Source of the DNA: a virus
Lineage: Duplodnaviria; Caudoviricetes
Strand: one strand, 5' to 3'
Virus record (IMG/VR): IMGVR_UViG_3300025674_000053
Span: 1-54,717 of that record
DNA: 54,717 nucleotides
The notes beneath the pieces were generated by a model, which worked only from the letters and a program-made list of their open reading frames with translations, searched no databases and was not told the DNA's origin. How positions within the stretch are numbered: the first letter of the stretch is position 1; the number at the start of each line of letters is the position of its first letter. Both the position numbers and the translations under genes were made by a program. Shown here piece after piece: positions 8,932 to 18,253 of this stretch.

Positions 8932-8956
8932 CATATGGTTATAAATTTAGTATAAT
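8928..8956 (+). promoter_or_regulatory. Sigma70-type promoter
   Basis: AAAATAATAC-TTGACA-17-TATAAT. Confidence 0.85.
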
Positions 8957-8962
8957 ATTCAT

Positions 8963-9121
8963 ATGAAAAATACAGAATACAAAGAACACAGAACTTGTCA
9001 GATGTGGAATGCTGAGACAAAGTCATTTGATGATTGGCATATCGGAGAGTGCGAACACTGCGGAGAAGAACTAGACCATCAGTCTGGCGAATGTCCAAAG
9101 TATAAGTGCTGGATAGCATGA
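8963..9121 (+). CDS. Small zinc-ribbon protein (52 aa), likely leaderless
   Basis: CEHC...CPKYKC. ATG 6 nt after the -10 box; stop overlaps the next ATG. Confidence 0.6.
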   Translation: MKNTEYKEHRTCQMWNAETKSFDDWHIGECEHCGEELDHQSGECPKYKCWIA

Positions 9122-9717
9122 ATCTATTTTATCTTGACGAAGACCTCGACAAGTGCGCTGAGTACCATGTCGACAAGCACATAGTAAAGATGCCTCTCGA
9201 GGCAGCACAACTCTTATGTACTGCGATATGGGTCGATGCAAAGCTAGGCTTTGTTCCTCGTGCATTGGACAAAGAAGAAAGAGAAGTTCTGAATAGTGAG
9301 AAAGCCAAGATTAAACATCTTCCTTTGGAAGAAAGACCACTCACACCATACCTGCCGATGATGTACAATCATCCTTGCACAATATGGGTTCGGTCTAGCT
9401 TGGATAACTTTGAGTGGACTCATTGTTATGCTAACGCACTCAACGATGAGTACCACTATCGTTATGGTAAACAACACAAGTCTATTGTAGAAGTAGTAAA
9501 TAAACTACCCGAACCAAAGAATCTACCTAGACTTGGATTCACAGAGTTCGGACTAGCAATGCCTGATGAACTGAAAGACTACGATAATCCTATACAGAGT
9601 TATCGTGACTACTATCATCTTGACAAAGCTACGTTCGCAGCATGGTCTCACAGAGACAAGCCTTACTGGTGGAATGAAGATTACGCCGACTATGAGGAAA
9701 GGATAACAGCAAAATGA
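9118..9717 (+). CDS. Pyrimidine-dimer DNA glycosylase / endonuclease V-like protein
   Basis: MNLFYLD...HVDKHIVKMPLEAAQLL, NHPCTIW, EY..RYGK.H and YRDYY motifs. Confidence 0.8.
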   Translation: MNLFYLDEDLDKCAEYHVDKHIVKMPLEAAQLLCTAIWVDAKLGFVPRALDKEEREVLNSEKAKIKHLPLEERPLTPYLPMMYNHPCTIWVRSSLDNFEWTHCYANALNDEYHYRYGKQHKSIVEVVNKLPEPKNLPRLGFTEFGLAMPDELKDYDNPIQSYRDYYHLDKATFAAWSHRDKPYWWNEDYADYEERITAK

Positions 9718-9938
9718 CAGATGATTATTTAGGAGACAACTTAATTAAGTACGAAGTCAATGGTATGTCTATGGTATTTCCAAAAGACATAACAGAAGAA
9801 GAACTACACAAGGCAATTATGAAAAGACTAAACAGTCTATATTTTACTAAAAGACCTATAGTAGTTAGAAAAAGTAATGGGGAAGAATATAAATTACTCA
9901 ATGGCACACGGATGCAGGGTAAAAGACACTCATCATGA
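9714..9938 (+). CDS. Hypothetical protein
   Basis: ATGA coupling on both sides. Confidence 0.55.
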   Translation: MTDDYLGDNLIKYEVNGMSMVFPKDITEEELHKAIMKRLNSLYFTKRPIVVRKSNGEEYKLLNGTRMQGKRHSS

Positions 9939-10138
9939 ATTTAGAACAATTAATTGCAGTAGCAGAGGAGAAACCACAAGTAATGGGAAAAGCAGAAGTT
10001 ATAAAACAAAATCTGAAAACACAACACGATAAAGTCAGTGCTGAGATTGGTATCCTCGAAAAACAATTAGCAGACAAGAAAGAGTATCTTGCAAAGATTG
10101 AGGGTGGAATAGATGTAGTTGATGAATTACTAAAATGA
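9935..10138 (+). CDS. Small coiled-coil protein
   Basis: ATGA coupling; heptad pattern. Confidence 0.6.
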   Translation: MNLEQLIAVAEEKPQVMGKAEVIKQNLKTQHDKVSAEIGILEKQLADKKEYLAKIEGGIDVVDELLK

Positions 10139-10812
10139 TAGTAATTGAGGACGATTTCTACCCAAATCCAGATGAGGTGCGTAAGAACGCACTAAATATG
10201 TTTTTTATGCCTGGAGTGAAAGGCAAGAAGGTTATGTTTGCAGGACAGAGGTCTCTTGGCAGTTTTTCTGCACAGAACAGACTATACTGTAAGAATAGAT
10301 TAGAGAAGTTAATAAACAGAAAGATAATACTATTCCCTACCAATAACAGTAACTGTAGCTTTACTCTAGGCAAAGACTTGCATGGACAAGACCATAAGTA
10401 TAGAAATTGGATTCATCAAGATAAAGGCGACCACGAAACAAAGAGAACAAAACATTTGAACTCTCAGATGTTTGCGGCTGTCTGTTATTTGACACCAAAT
10501 AATATAGCACCTTCTTTGAAGTATGGAACAGGACTGTTCACTAATGTAGAAACAGGAAAGAACTGGGCTACTGAAGGCAAAGGTTATGGTAAGTCCTTAA
10601 ATTTTTCAGGAGAGTGGCCAGGTGAGCCAGGGTATGACTTACACACTTACGTAGGTAATATGTATAATAGAATAGTAGTATACCCTGCTACTTACTGGCA
10701 TGCTCCTTACAATGCAGGTTTTGGACATGACAAGTACTCAGGAAGATTAATTCAAGTATTCTTTTTTCACGCAGAGAAAAGCGGAGTAGAAAGAGCATAT
10801 GAGCTTAATTAA
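10135..10812 (+). CDS. 2OG-Fe(II) oxygenase (DUF6445-like)
   Basis: IEDDFYPNPDEVR, WIHQD (HxD), AAVCYLTP, YNRIVVYPATYWH, GRLIQVFF. Confidence 0.75.
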   Translation: MIVIEDDFYPNPDEVRKNALNMFFMPGVKGKKVMFAGQRSLGSFSAQNRLYCKNRLEKLINRKIILFPTNNSNCSFTLGKDLHGQDHKYRNWIHQDKGDHETKRTKHLNSQMFAAVCYLTPNNIAPSLKYGTGLFTNVETGKNWATEGKGYGKSLNFSGEWPGEPGYDLHTYVGNMYNRIVVYPATYWHAPYNAGFGHDKYSGRLIQVFFFHAEKSGVERAYELN

Positions 10813-11806
10813 ATTAAATGGCAAAGGCATAAGAGACTTAGAGAAGAATGTACTGCACGAAGAAATAACTAAAAGCGAGAAAAATAAAGAGTGGTTAAAG
10901 TACCATTCAATAGTTCCAAAACTATGGGACAGACCTCGCTTACATTGTTATGCTTACTCTCTCTACGGAGATGAGAAGTACTTAACTTATCTTAGATACT
11001 CTATTATGAGTTTGCGTATGGTACATAATGATGCAAAAATTATAGTTTTTGCAGAAGAAAAGTTATGGGCAAAAGCAAGAGAAGAACTAAAACACTTAAT
11101 ATTTGAACACGATATAATATTTGTAAAAGGTGTTGGTGCTTGTTACAAGCAAGTTCTTGCGTGCCACTACATATTGAAAGACTACAAACACTGTACGATT
11201 TTAGATGCAGACCTTTTCTTTTTAAGCAAGAAGAACGATAGCTTTAGACAGTACTTGAATATTGTAAAAGATTTAATTAACAAGAATCCTAAGTCTTTTG
11301 TGTGGGCATTTGGTAGAAAAGAAACACCAAACGTAAACGATACTGTTATGTATAAGAGAGGTAGAGAGGAGACTCTTTGGCCTCACACTTATATCTGGGA
11401 CATGGAAGAAGAAATGGATATGGATATAGTACAACTTCTGGAAAAGGAGACACTATGGAACATCTCCTATATATTTTCTTTCAGTCCCAAGCAGTTGCAG
11501 TCTGATAAATACAAAGCATGGGCAATGTGGACTATGTTTAATAATAATATGTGTGATGAAACTTGCTGGTGGCTATGGAGTAAGAAGTATAATTGGAAGG
11601 CTTTTTACTGGAATAATGTAAATAAGAATCTTAGTATAGATTCTAAGACACACGAAGGCAAAGAGGTTCATCTATTTCAACCCATGTTTACAGACGAGTT
11701 AGAAAAGAAAATACATAGAAGATACCAAACTTTTATGGCAATACTAGAGATAGAAAATAAATACAAAGAGTTTATACATGAGCGATTACAACACGAACAA
11801 ATTTAA
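10799..11806 (+). CDS. Putative GT-A glycosyltransferase
   Basis: YSLYG...YLRYSIMSL N-terminus, ILDADLFF DxD motif, later DE motif. Confidence 0.5.
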   Translation: MSLIKLNGKGIRDLEKNVLHEEITKSEKNKEWLKYHSIVPKLWDRPRLHCYAYSLYGDEKYLTYLRYSIMSLRMVHNDAKIIVFAEEKLWAKAREELKHLIFEHDIIFVKGVGACYKQVLACHYILKDYKHCTILDADLFFLSKKNDSFRQYLNIVKDLINKNPKSFVWAFGRKETPNVNDTVMYKRGREETLWPHTYIWDMEEEMDMDIVQLLEKETLWNISYIFSFSPKQLQSDKYKAWAMWTMFNNNMCDETCWWLWSKKYNWKAFYWNNVNKNLSIDSKTHEGKEVHLFQPMFTDELEKKIHRRYQTFMAILEIENKYKEFIHERLQHEQI

Positions 11807-12095
11807 CGAGGACGAAGCACTCAAAACGCTTCAAACCTATATTGAATCCACATACGATGGACATTATAGTATGAATAAAATACAGTCTACTGAGTTCATA
11901 TTTGACGCAGGGCATGGAGAAGGTTTCTGTTTAGGAAACATAATAAAGTATGCACAGAGATATGGAAAGAAAGAAGGAAAGAACACAGCAGATTTATTAA
12001 AAATTTTACATTACGGAATTATTTTACTAGGGGCAACATATGAGAACGAAAAAACACGAAAATCTTACACAAGCAAATATAACCAAGGTAATTGA
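11778..12095 (+). CDS. DUF3310-like phage protein
   Basis: HY...GFCLGNIIKYAQRYGKK...DLLKILHY. Confidence 0.7.
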   Translation: MSDYNTNKFNEDEALKTLQTYIESTYDGHYSMNKIQSTEFIFDAGHGEGFCLGNIIKYAQRYGKKEGKNTADLLKILHYGIILLGATYENEKTRKSYTSKYNQGN

Positions 12096-12699
12096 GTTAT
12101 TAAACCCTACAGATGGTAGTAAGCCAATCACTAAGAAAGAAGCATGTAGTATACTTAACATAGCTTACAACACAACTAGATTGGGCAACATCATCGCAGA
12201 GTTTCATGAGATGCAAGAGTTCCGTGCAAGAAGAAAAGCACAGAATAGAGGCAAGGCGGCAACGCCACAAGAAATACAAACAACAGTACAAATGTACTTA
12301 GAAGGAGACAATGTCAGTGATATTGCCAAAGCACTATACAGGTCTCCAGCATTTGTAAAAGGTATCATTGATAGAATTGGTGTACCACAAAAATTGGCAA
12401 TGACGGACTATCAGGGGAGAAGAGAGGCTATGCTACCAGAACAATGTGTAGCAGATGAATTTGAACCAGAAGAAAGAGTTTGGGCAATTAGACAGAACTA
12501 TCCAGCGATAGTAAAGCGAGAGTTACAACCTGAACTTGCAGAAGAAAGAGGTTACAAATTATACCTTGTTGACACGATAGAGTGTACACAAGACGACTTA
12601 AAAAATACATACTTCCCACATTTGAGTCATGCAGGAAAGCAATACTGTTTACCAGCATATGATATGGGCAGTCTAAGACATTTACGAGAGTATATGTAA
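12040..12699 (+). CDS. D2: T5 D2-like DNA-binding protein
   Basis: TKKEACSILNIAYNTTRL plus a second HTH; first gene of the T5-type replication block. Confidence 0.65.
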   Translation: MRTKKHENLTQANITKVIELLNPTDGSKPITKKEACSILNIAYNTTRLGNIIAEFHEMQEFRARRKAQNRGKAATPQEIQTTVQMYLEGDNVSDIAKALYRSPAFVKGIIDRIGVPQKLAMTDYQGRREAMLPEQCVADEFEPEERVWAIRQNYPAIVKRELQPELAEERGYKLYLVDTIECTQDDLKNTYFPHLSHAGKQYCLPAYDMGSLRHLREYM

Positions 12700-12710
12700 A
12701 AAGGAAATAT

Positions 12711-12950
12711 ATGGAATATATAATTGCTATGTGGTTTTCTGCGTGGCTAATACAACTGTGGTCAATATTTAGACCAATTTGGTTACTAATACCAAAAGGC
12801 AATATGGTCATGAGACATAAATATATCACTGGAACTGTAATGGCAGTAATGGTATTCGTTTTAGTACCTTTACTATTATTACCAATGATGAGTGATACAC
12901 ATAGATTAAGATTTCAGAATAGTTTTCTGAGAGGATTATTAGGAGAATAA
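12711..12950 (+). CDS. Small membrane protein
   Basis: AAGGA SD; two hydrophobic segments. Confidence 0.6.
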   Translation: MEYIIAMWFSAWLIQLWSIFRPIWLLIPKGNMVMRHKYITGTVMAVMVFVLVPLLLLPMMSDTHRLRFQNSFLRGLLGE

Positions 12951-12951
12951 T

Positions 12952-13164
12952 ATGGCATACATAGGCAACCCCTATTACGATGCACTTGAAGCAAAGTACA
13001 TAGCACAGATAAAAGAAGCACAAGCAGTATTGCAGACATACTTTCAAAACTCTGTAGGTATCGGAGAACACTCTGATTTATTACCTGAGTTTGATAAGTG
13101 GGTAGAGCAACTTGCAAGTGCAGATGAAAAGCTACAAGCATTGCGCAAGTTACTAAAAAGATGA
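12952..13164 (+). CDS. Hypothetical phage protein
   Basis: AGGAG SD; VGIGEH motif common in phage hypotheticals. Confidence 0.65.
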   Translation: MAYIGNPYYDALEAKYIAQIKEAQAVLQTYFQNSVGIGEHSDLLPEFDKWVEQLASADEKLQALRKLLKR

Positions 13165-13517
13165 ATCAATCACTAATCTTAGAAGATGGTGATGTAAAGA
13201 TTGCTGTAGTACGAAACACATACGAAAGAGCTGTGTTTCACTATATGCATGGACTAGACTTTATAGGTTTTGATAACTGGTTAATGGAAGGCAACTTAAA
13301 AAATCAGTTTGAACTATATAAAGAATGTGACCACTTCATAGATTTTAATGATTGGCAGAATGAATTAAAGCTTTTAGACTTACATCCAAAAGATACTTCA
13401 GTTATGGAAGGTCAAGTGGGAATATCTGACTACAAGAACTGGTACACACTAAAGAGCCGACAAGTAATATTCCATCTGTATATGGATGAGATTAAACATT
13501 ACGGGTATAGCTACTAA
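13161..13517 (+). CDS. Truncated or degenerate sulfotransferase (Sulfotransfer_2)-like protein
   Basis: VVRNTYERAVFHY resembles the 3'-PB motif, with YKNWY...DEIKHYGY tail. No N-terminal 5'-PSB loop. Confidence 0.45.
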   Translation: MNQSLILEDGDVKIAVVRNTYERAVFHYMHGLDFIGFDNWLMEGNLKNQFELYKECDHFIDFNDWQNELKLLDLHPKDTSVMEGQVGISDYKNWYTLKSRQVIFHLYMDEIKHYGYSY

Positions 13518-13527
13518 AAAATAGTTC

Positions 13528-13556
13528 TTGACTCATGCTTAAAATTCTTGTATAAT
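13528..13556 (+). promoter_or_regulatory. Sigma70-type promoter
   Basis: AAAAATAGTTC-TTGACT-17-TATAAT. Confidence 0.85.
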
Positions 13557-13580
13557 ATATTTATATTAAGGAAATAAGCA

Positions 13581-14051
13581 ATGAGTGACAGATTTTACCA
13601 ACAAATGCTAGACACCACAGGTTGGTGCCCTGGTTATCGTAATACTAGTACTATTGCCGAATACAAACAAAACTACACATTAAAAAGGAAAAGAAACATG
13701 GCGTGGACAGACGAAAGTAAAGAACAAGCAGTTGAGATGTATACTGCTGAAGAACCGACTCCAGACAATAGTATGGAGATTGTTAAGATGATTGCTGAAG
13801 AATTAGGCGAGAGCCCAAATGGTGTCAGAATGATTCTTACTAAAGCAGGAGTATATGTAAAGAAAACTCCAGCTACTAAATCTAGCAGTGGTGGAACTGG
13901 TGGTGGCAGAGTAAACAAAGCTGCTGCTCAAGACGAGTTAGCCAAAGCTATTAGTGATATGGGCGAAGAAGCAGATGATGCTATCATCAGCAAGCTAACA
14001 GGGAAAGCTGCTACATATTTCACAAACTTAATCAACAAACTTAACGATTAA
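13581..14051 (+). CDS. D3: T5 D3-like DNA-binding protein (alternative start 13698)
   Basis: MAWTDE...EIVKMIAEELGESPNGVRMILTKAGVYVKK; synteny. Confidence 0.65.
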   Translation: MSDRFYQQMLDTTGWCPGYRNTSTIAEYKQNYTLKRKRNMAWTDESKEQAVEMYTAEEPTPDNSMEIVKMIAEELGESPNGVRMILTKAGVYVKKTPATKSSSGGTGGGRVNKAAAQDELAKAISDMGEEADDAIISKLTGKAATYFTNLINKLND

Positions 14052-14062
14052 TACCCCTGAAA

Positions 14063-14095
14063 ACATGGGGAGGGCAACCTCCCTGTGTATTTTTG
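14063..14095 (+). terminator. Rho-independent terminator
   Basis: GGGAGG-gcaa-CCTCCC stem with GNRA loop followed by a T-rich tail. Confidence 0.75.
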
Positions 14096-14171
14096 TATCT
14101 AACAAAAGCACCTTACAGAGTAATACCATGATTGGACGGTAATAGATATTAACCTACCAACAAGGAAACGC

Positions 14172-14444
14172 ATGAAAAAAGACGATTTTGTTAAAAAACT
14201 TGATGACGCTGGCGATGCCATTGTTACATACAGAAGTCAAAATAGTCGCAGAATGAAATATAATGTTTGCACTAGTGACTTTAATAATAAGTATATACAA
14301 GAGAAAAAGAATCGAGCAAAACCAAATGATAGACAGGTTTTATTATTTTGCTGGGATACTGACTCCTATAGACTATTATCGCCTGAGAACGTGACTTCTA
14401 TCGTTCCTTTATCGAGGATATTGAAGAATGATAGAATTACATGA
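14172..14444 (+). CDS. Conserved T5-like hypothetical (WYL/Sm-like fold possible)
   Basis: AAGGA SD; LLFCWDTDSYR motif; syntenic position. Confidence 0.6.
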   Translation: MKKDDFVKKLDDAGDAIVTYRSQNSRRMKYNVCTSDFNNKYIQEKKNRAKPNDRQVLLFCWDTDSYRLLSPENVTSIVPLSRILKNDRIT

Positions 14445-14730
14445 GGCACCAGCTGTCTATGAAAAAGAAATAAGTTATAACGAAGCTAAACATGAAAAAG
14501 TATTCGTTATGATAAATACTTTTCGTGGAACAGAATATATACACATAAGAAAATATTATCAAGACTTTGACGAAGAATGGAAACCTACCAAGGACGGTAT
14601 TGCCATGCCTTTAGATTTTAATAATAGTCGTGGACTATTTGAGGCGTTAGTTGAGATTCTGTCAATATCAGAGGTCAAAGGAGTATTAGAAACTCATTTC
14701 AAAGAAGTTCTCGATAAGATATACCTATAG
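14428..14730 (+). CDS. PC4/p15-like ssDNA-binding protein
   Basis: NTFRGTEYIHIRKYY...WKPTKDGIAM is the PC4 signature. Confidence 0.8.
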   Translation: MIELHEAPAVYEKEISYNEAKHEKVFVMINTFRGTEYIHIRKYYQDFDEEWKPTKDGIAMPLDFNNSRGLFEALVEILSISEVKGVLETHFKEVLDKIYL

Positions 14731-14746
14731 CATCAAAAAATAATAC

Positions 14747-14775
14747 TTGACAAATCCTTAAAAATTCTGTATAAT
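14747..14775 (+). promoter_or_regulatory. Sigma70-type promoter (leaderless ligase A mRNA)
   Basis: TTGACA-17-TATAAT, then ATTCAT-ATG. Confidence 0.85.
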
Positions 14776-14781
14776 ATTCAT

Positions 14782-15720
14782 ATGAATAAGACAGAATACC
14801 TAGAATTATGTAATCAAAAGTATGCAGAAGGTAATCCTATATTACCTGACGATGTATACGATAGACTCGTAGAGAATACCGAACTTGAAAATAAAGTTGG
14901 GTATGATGTAAGCGAGGCGAGACATAAACATCCTTACCCAATGTATTCATTACAGAAAGTCTTTATCGGAGAAGATAAAGAACCAGATTGGGATTCCAAA
15001 CAACCACACATAATGACTGCCAAGTTGGACGGTGCAGCTGTGTCTATAACTTATATAGATGGCGTACTGACACAGGCATTGACTCGTGGAGATGGTAAAG
15101 CAGGACTAGATATTACTGATAAAATTAAGACTTTAGTACCAAATAAAATATGGAGTAAAGGACTGAAACAGATTACTGGAGAAGTTGTTGCCCCTAAGAA
15201 AATACCAAATGCTAGAAATTATGCAAGTGGTGCTTTGAATCTAAAGGACTTAGAAGAATTTAAATCTCGTGATTTAACTTTTATTGCTTATGGTATTCAA
15301 CCAGCAATTTGTCCCGAGTGGACTGCTGATATGGGCATGGTAAAAGACATGGGATTTAATACTGTCACACTTAGTGATTGGAATGAATTTCCTCAGGACG
15401 GTAAAGTTGTAAGGGTCGACTCTAATAGATATTTTGACACATTAGGCCACACCTCACACCACCCTAGAGGAGCTTTCGCTCTAAAGACAAGACAGGCTGG
15501 AATAGTTACTCGACTCTTGGACGTTGAATGGAATGTCGGGAAATCAGGTGCTGTATCACCAGTTGCAATCTTAGAGCCTTGTGTCATAGGAGAGGCGACA
15601 GTAAGCAGAGCAACCCTACATAATATCGGATATATCGAAGCATTAGACTTAGAGATTGGATGTGATGTAGAGGTTATTCGTAGTGGAGAAATCATACCTA
15701 GAATTGTAAAACGAGTATGA
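14782..15720 (+). CDS. ligA: NAD-dependent DNA ligase subunit A (adenylation + OB domains)
   Basis: KLDG active site, TRGDG, RNYASG, DG.VV, RATLHN, RSGEIIPRI. Confidence 0.93.
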   Translation: MNKTEYLELCNQKYAEGNPILPDDVYDRLVENTELENKVGYDVSEARHKHPYPMYSLQKVFIGEDKEPDWDSKQPHIMTAKLDGAAVSITYIDGVLTQALTRGDGKAGLDITDKIKTLVPNKIWSKGLKQITGEVVAPKKIPNARNYASGALNLKDLEEFKSRDLTFIAYGIQPAICPEWTADMGMVKDMGFNTVTLSDWNEFPQDGKVVRVDSNRYFDTLGHTSHHPRGAFALKTRQAGIVTRLLDVEWNVGKSGAVSPVAILEPCVIGEATVSRATLHNIGYIEALDLEIGCDVEVIRSGEIIPRIVKRV

Positions 15721-15917
15721 AACTGAAAGATAAGATACAAAAAAGACTAGATGTACTAGAGTTTATGATGCGTAATAATATACACCTCGCAGACCCCGAC
15801 GGGTGCATGGACTATAGTTGTAGCATTAGTAAGTTTTGGTCAGTTCTTTCAGAAGAAGATAGAGATTTTATCCAAGGTTGCCAGTCTTCAATCGAAGAAG
15901 GCTGGGAGTGGAAATGA
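15717..15917 (+). CDS. Hypothetical protein
   Basis: ATGA coupled on both sides. Confidence 0.6.
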   Translation: MKLKDKIQKRLDVLEFMMRNNIHLADPDGCMDYSCSISKFWSVLSEEDRDFIQGCQSSIEEGWEWK

Positions 15918-16549
15918 GAGTACTAATTCTAGCAAATGGAAGAACTGGCAGTACAAGTCTTATGTTAGGACTTGCCAGTGGACTTCGTTGTGAGTACATA
16001 GCAGAGCCTTGGAATCTAGACCTAATCGATAAAATAGAACCCAAACATCATGAGATAGATTATCACAATCTTCCCGAAGATGTAGTAGTAAAGTGTATTG
16101 TAAATGTAAAGCAGTACCTTGGATTCTATATGTATTGGACAAATTGTCCTTTTGATTGTTCAGGACTAGACTGGTTGGACAATGGTAGTGAAGCTGTATT
16201 TTGGTATAGGTTTGCACAGAAGTTTGACAAAGTTATAATACTAGATAGATATGATGTTAGAGCAAGAGTGTTAAGTGCATTACACGCACAACACTATGAA
16301 GAGTGGCATGGCGAGTATGAGTTCAAAGAGGAGATAATACCTCCACATAAAAATATGAAAGAACTATATATCAAGGAAGAAGTCAGTAGTGAACTCTTAA
16401 AATTGCTTTCGAGAAAATTAGAAGTTGATATAACATACTATGAAGAAATTTTCAATAATAAACAAAGGGAAAGTTATTTCGGTCTTCCAATAGATTCTGA
16501 GAAACTTTTTGAAAATTTCCTAAATACAAAACATAGGTATCAACAATGA
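15914..16549 (+). CDS. Sulfotransferase-like (P-loop fold) protein
   Basis: ILANGRTGSTSL 5'-PSB loop, EP motif, ILDR...S, YYEE. GGGAG SD before ATG 15914. Confidence 0.65.
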   Translation: MRVLILANGRTGSTSLMLGLASGLRCEYIAEPWNLDLIDKIEPKHHEIDYHNLPEDVVVKCIVNVKQYLGFYMYWTNCPFDCSGLDWLDNGSEAVFWYRFAQKFDKVIILDRYDVRARVLSALHAQHYEEWHGEYEFKEEIIPPHKNMKELYIKEEVSSELLKLLSRKLEVDITYYEEIFNNKQRESYFGLPIDSEKLFENFLNTKHRYQQ

Positions 16550-16926
16550 GTGGCGGCGTATATAATAAAACCTTTTTTGACAACCATCCGTGGGAGAAAG
16601 AAAAGGACGGCATACTATATGGCATAGTACTGGTAAACATGCAAACATGGGAACGAGAAACAATAAAAGTCGGCATCGCAAAAGGGCGAACATTCAAAGA
16701 CGCAGTAAAAAGAGGGCGTGGCTTCACCAATTACGATATAAGAATACAGAGGCTTTGGCAGGGGACGATATACGACTGCTGGAGATGGGAACAGAAACTA
16801 CACAAGATGTTCGAGAATGACAGACACAAAACACAGCACCATTTTGGAGGGCATACGGAATGCTTTAGCATGGAATCAAAGATTCTACAAAGCTTCCCCA
16901 AAAAGAATGACATATTTAGGGATTAG
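16546..16926 (+). CDS. GIY-YIG/T5orf172-like endonuclease
   Basis: GILY...IKVGIA...R...EQKLH...GHTECF. Confidence 0.6.
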   Translation: MSGGVYNKTFFDNHPWEKEKDGILYGIVLVNMQTWERETIKVGIAKGRTFKDAVKRGRGFTNYDIRIQRLWQGTIYDCWRWEQKLHKMFENDRHKTQHHFGGHTECFSMESKILQSFPKKNDIFRD

Positions 16927-18253
16927 TGAAGGGTTCCACGATGCAGCTATTGCAGTCGTGAGAGACCAAAAAATACTATTTGCTTCTCATATAGAGAGAA
17001 TGACACGCAAGAAGAATGATGCGTGGGTGCCAGAGTGGGTCAAAGAACACGCATATAACGAGTACGCATATGATAAAACAATATTTTACGAACATACTGA
17101 AATCAAGAATTGTAGACGAGAGATGTACGGACTGGCAGCGACAGAGAATGGCAGAGCGTACGATGTCAGAGATATACTTCACCATAAAAGTCACTACGCC
17201 AGTGCTTATTTTACTGCTCCTTTCGTACCTAACAGCACAGTTGTCATAGATGCTATAGGTGAGTTTGATACTGCAAGTATTTGGGTAGATGGAGAAAAAG
17301 TATGGAGTCGACAATACCCATGGTCACTAGGTCTATTTTATAGTGCTATAACAAAACGAATAGGACTGAAACCTAATGAAGATGAGTATATCACAATGGG
17401 CATGGCTGCATATGGAGATATAACAATCGACATGATGAAGTTCATTAACGAAAACCACCACAAAGGTATTCCAATGCGTAAATGGTTTTGGGAAACACCT
17501 GAAGATATAGCTGCTTCAGCACAAGCACACTTAGAGAATGAACTCATGGAAATATTTGCAAAGGCTCGTAAGTATGGGCCGAAGGTTGCATATGCTGGTG
17601 GAGTTGCGTTAAACTGTGTAGCGAACAGTAAGATTCGTAAAATGTTTGATGATATGTGGATATTCCCAAGTCCAGGGGATGCAGGTAGTTCACTAGGGTG
17701 TATACTAGCACATACACAACAAAAGATAAAGTTTGAAGATTGCTACTTAGGGTACGATATAGATAGAGAGGTAAACCCCATAAAAGTAGTAGAAGAAATA
17801 ATTAATAATAAAGTAGTAGGAGTAGCAAATGGAAAAGCAGAGTTTGGCCCTAGGGCGCTTGGTAATCGTAGTCTGCTTGGCGATGTCCGTTACGATATTA
17901 AAGACACAGTCAATGATATCAAACGTAGACAGAAGTTCAGGCCTTTTGCCCCCGCGATACTTGAGGAGTTTGTAGATGAATATTTTGAAGGGTATGCTAA
18001 TGAGTATATGCAGTATGTTTCAAAAGCAAAACATGACTACGATAGCGTCTCACACGTCGATGGAACAGCACGAGTACAGGTGGTTAGAAAAGACAGTAAG
18101 TCAATACTTCGACCCATACTAGAAACGTATTATGAAGCTACCAAAGTGCCTATGTTATTAAACACAAGTTTGAATATTAAAGGGCAACCCATGGTAAATA
18201 CTTGGGAACATGCCAAAGAGTTTGAAAAGAATTATGGAGTAAAAGTATTTTGA
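16907..18253 (+). CDS. O-carbamoyltransferase (NodU/CmcH/TobZ family)
   Basis: LGISEGFHDAA, HHKSH, DAIGE, MGMAAYG, GGVALNCVAN, EFGPRALGNRS, RPFAP, HVDGTARVQ, LLNTSLN. Confidence 0.92.
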   Translation: MTYLGISEGFHDAAIAVVRDQKILFASHIERMTRKKNDAWVPEWVKEHAYNEYAYDKTIFYEHTEIKNCRREMYGLAATENGRAYDVRDILHHKSHYASAYFTAPFVPNSTVVIDAIGEFDTASIWVDGEKVWSRQYPWSLGLFYSAITKRIGLKPNEDEYITMGMAAYGDITIDMMKFINENHHKGIPMRKWFWETPEDIAASAQAHLENELMEIFAKARKYGPKVAYAGGVALNCVANSKIRKMFDDMWIFPSPGDAGSSLGCILAHTQQKIKFEDCYLGYDIDREVNPIKVVEEIINNKVVGVANGKAEFGPRALGNRSLLGDVRYDIKDTVNDIKRRQKFRPFAPAILEEFVDEYFEGYANEYMQYVSKAKHDYDSVSHVDGTARVQVVRKDSKSILRPILETYYEATKVPMLLNTSLNIKGQPMVNTWEHAKEFEKNYGVKVF

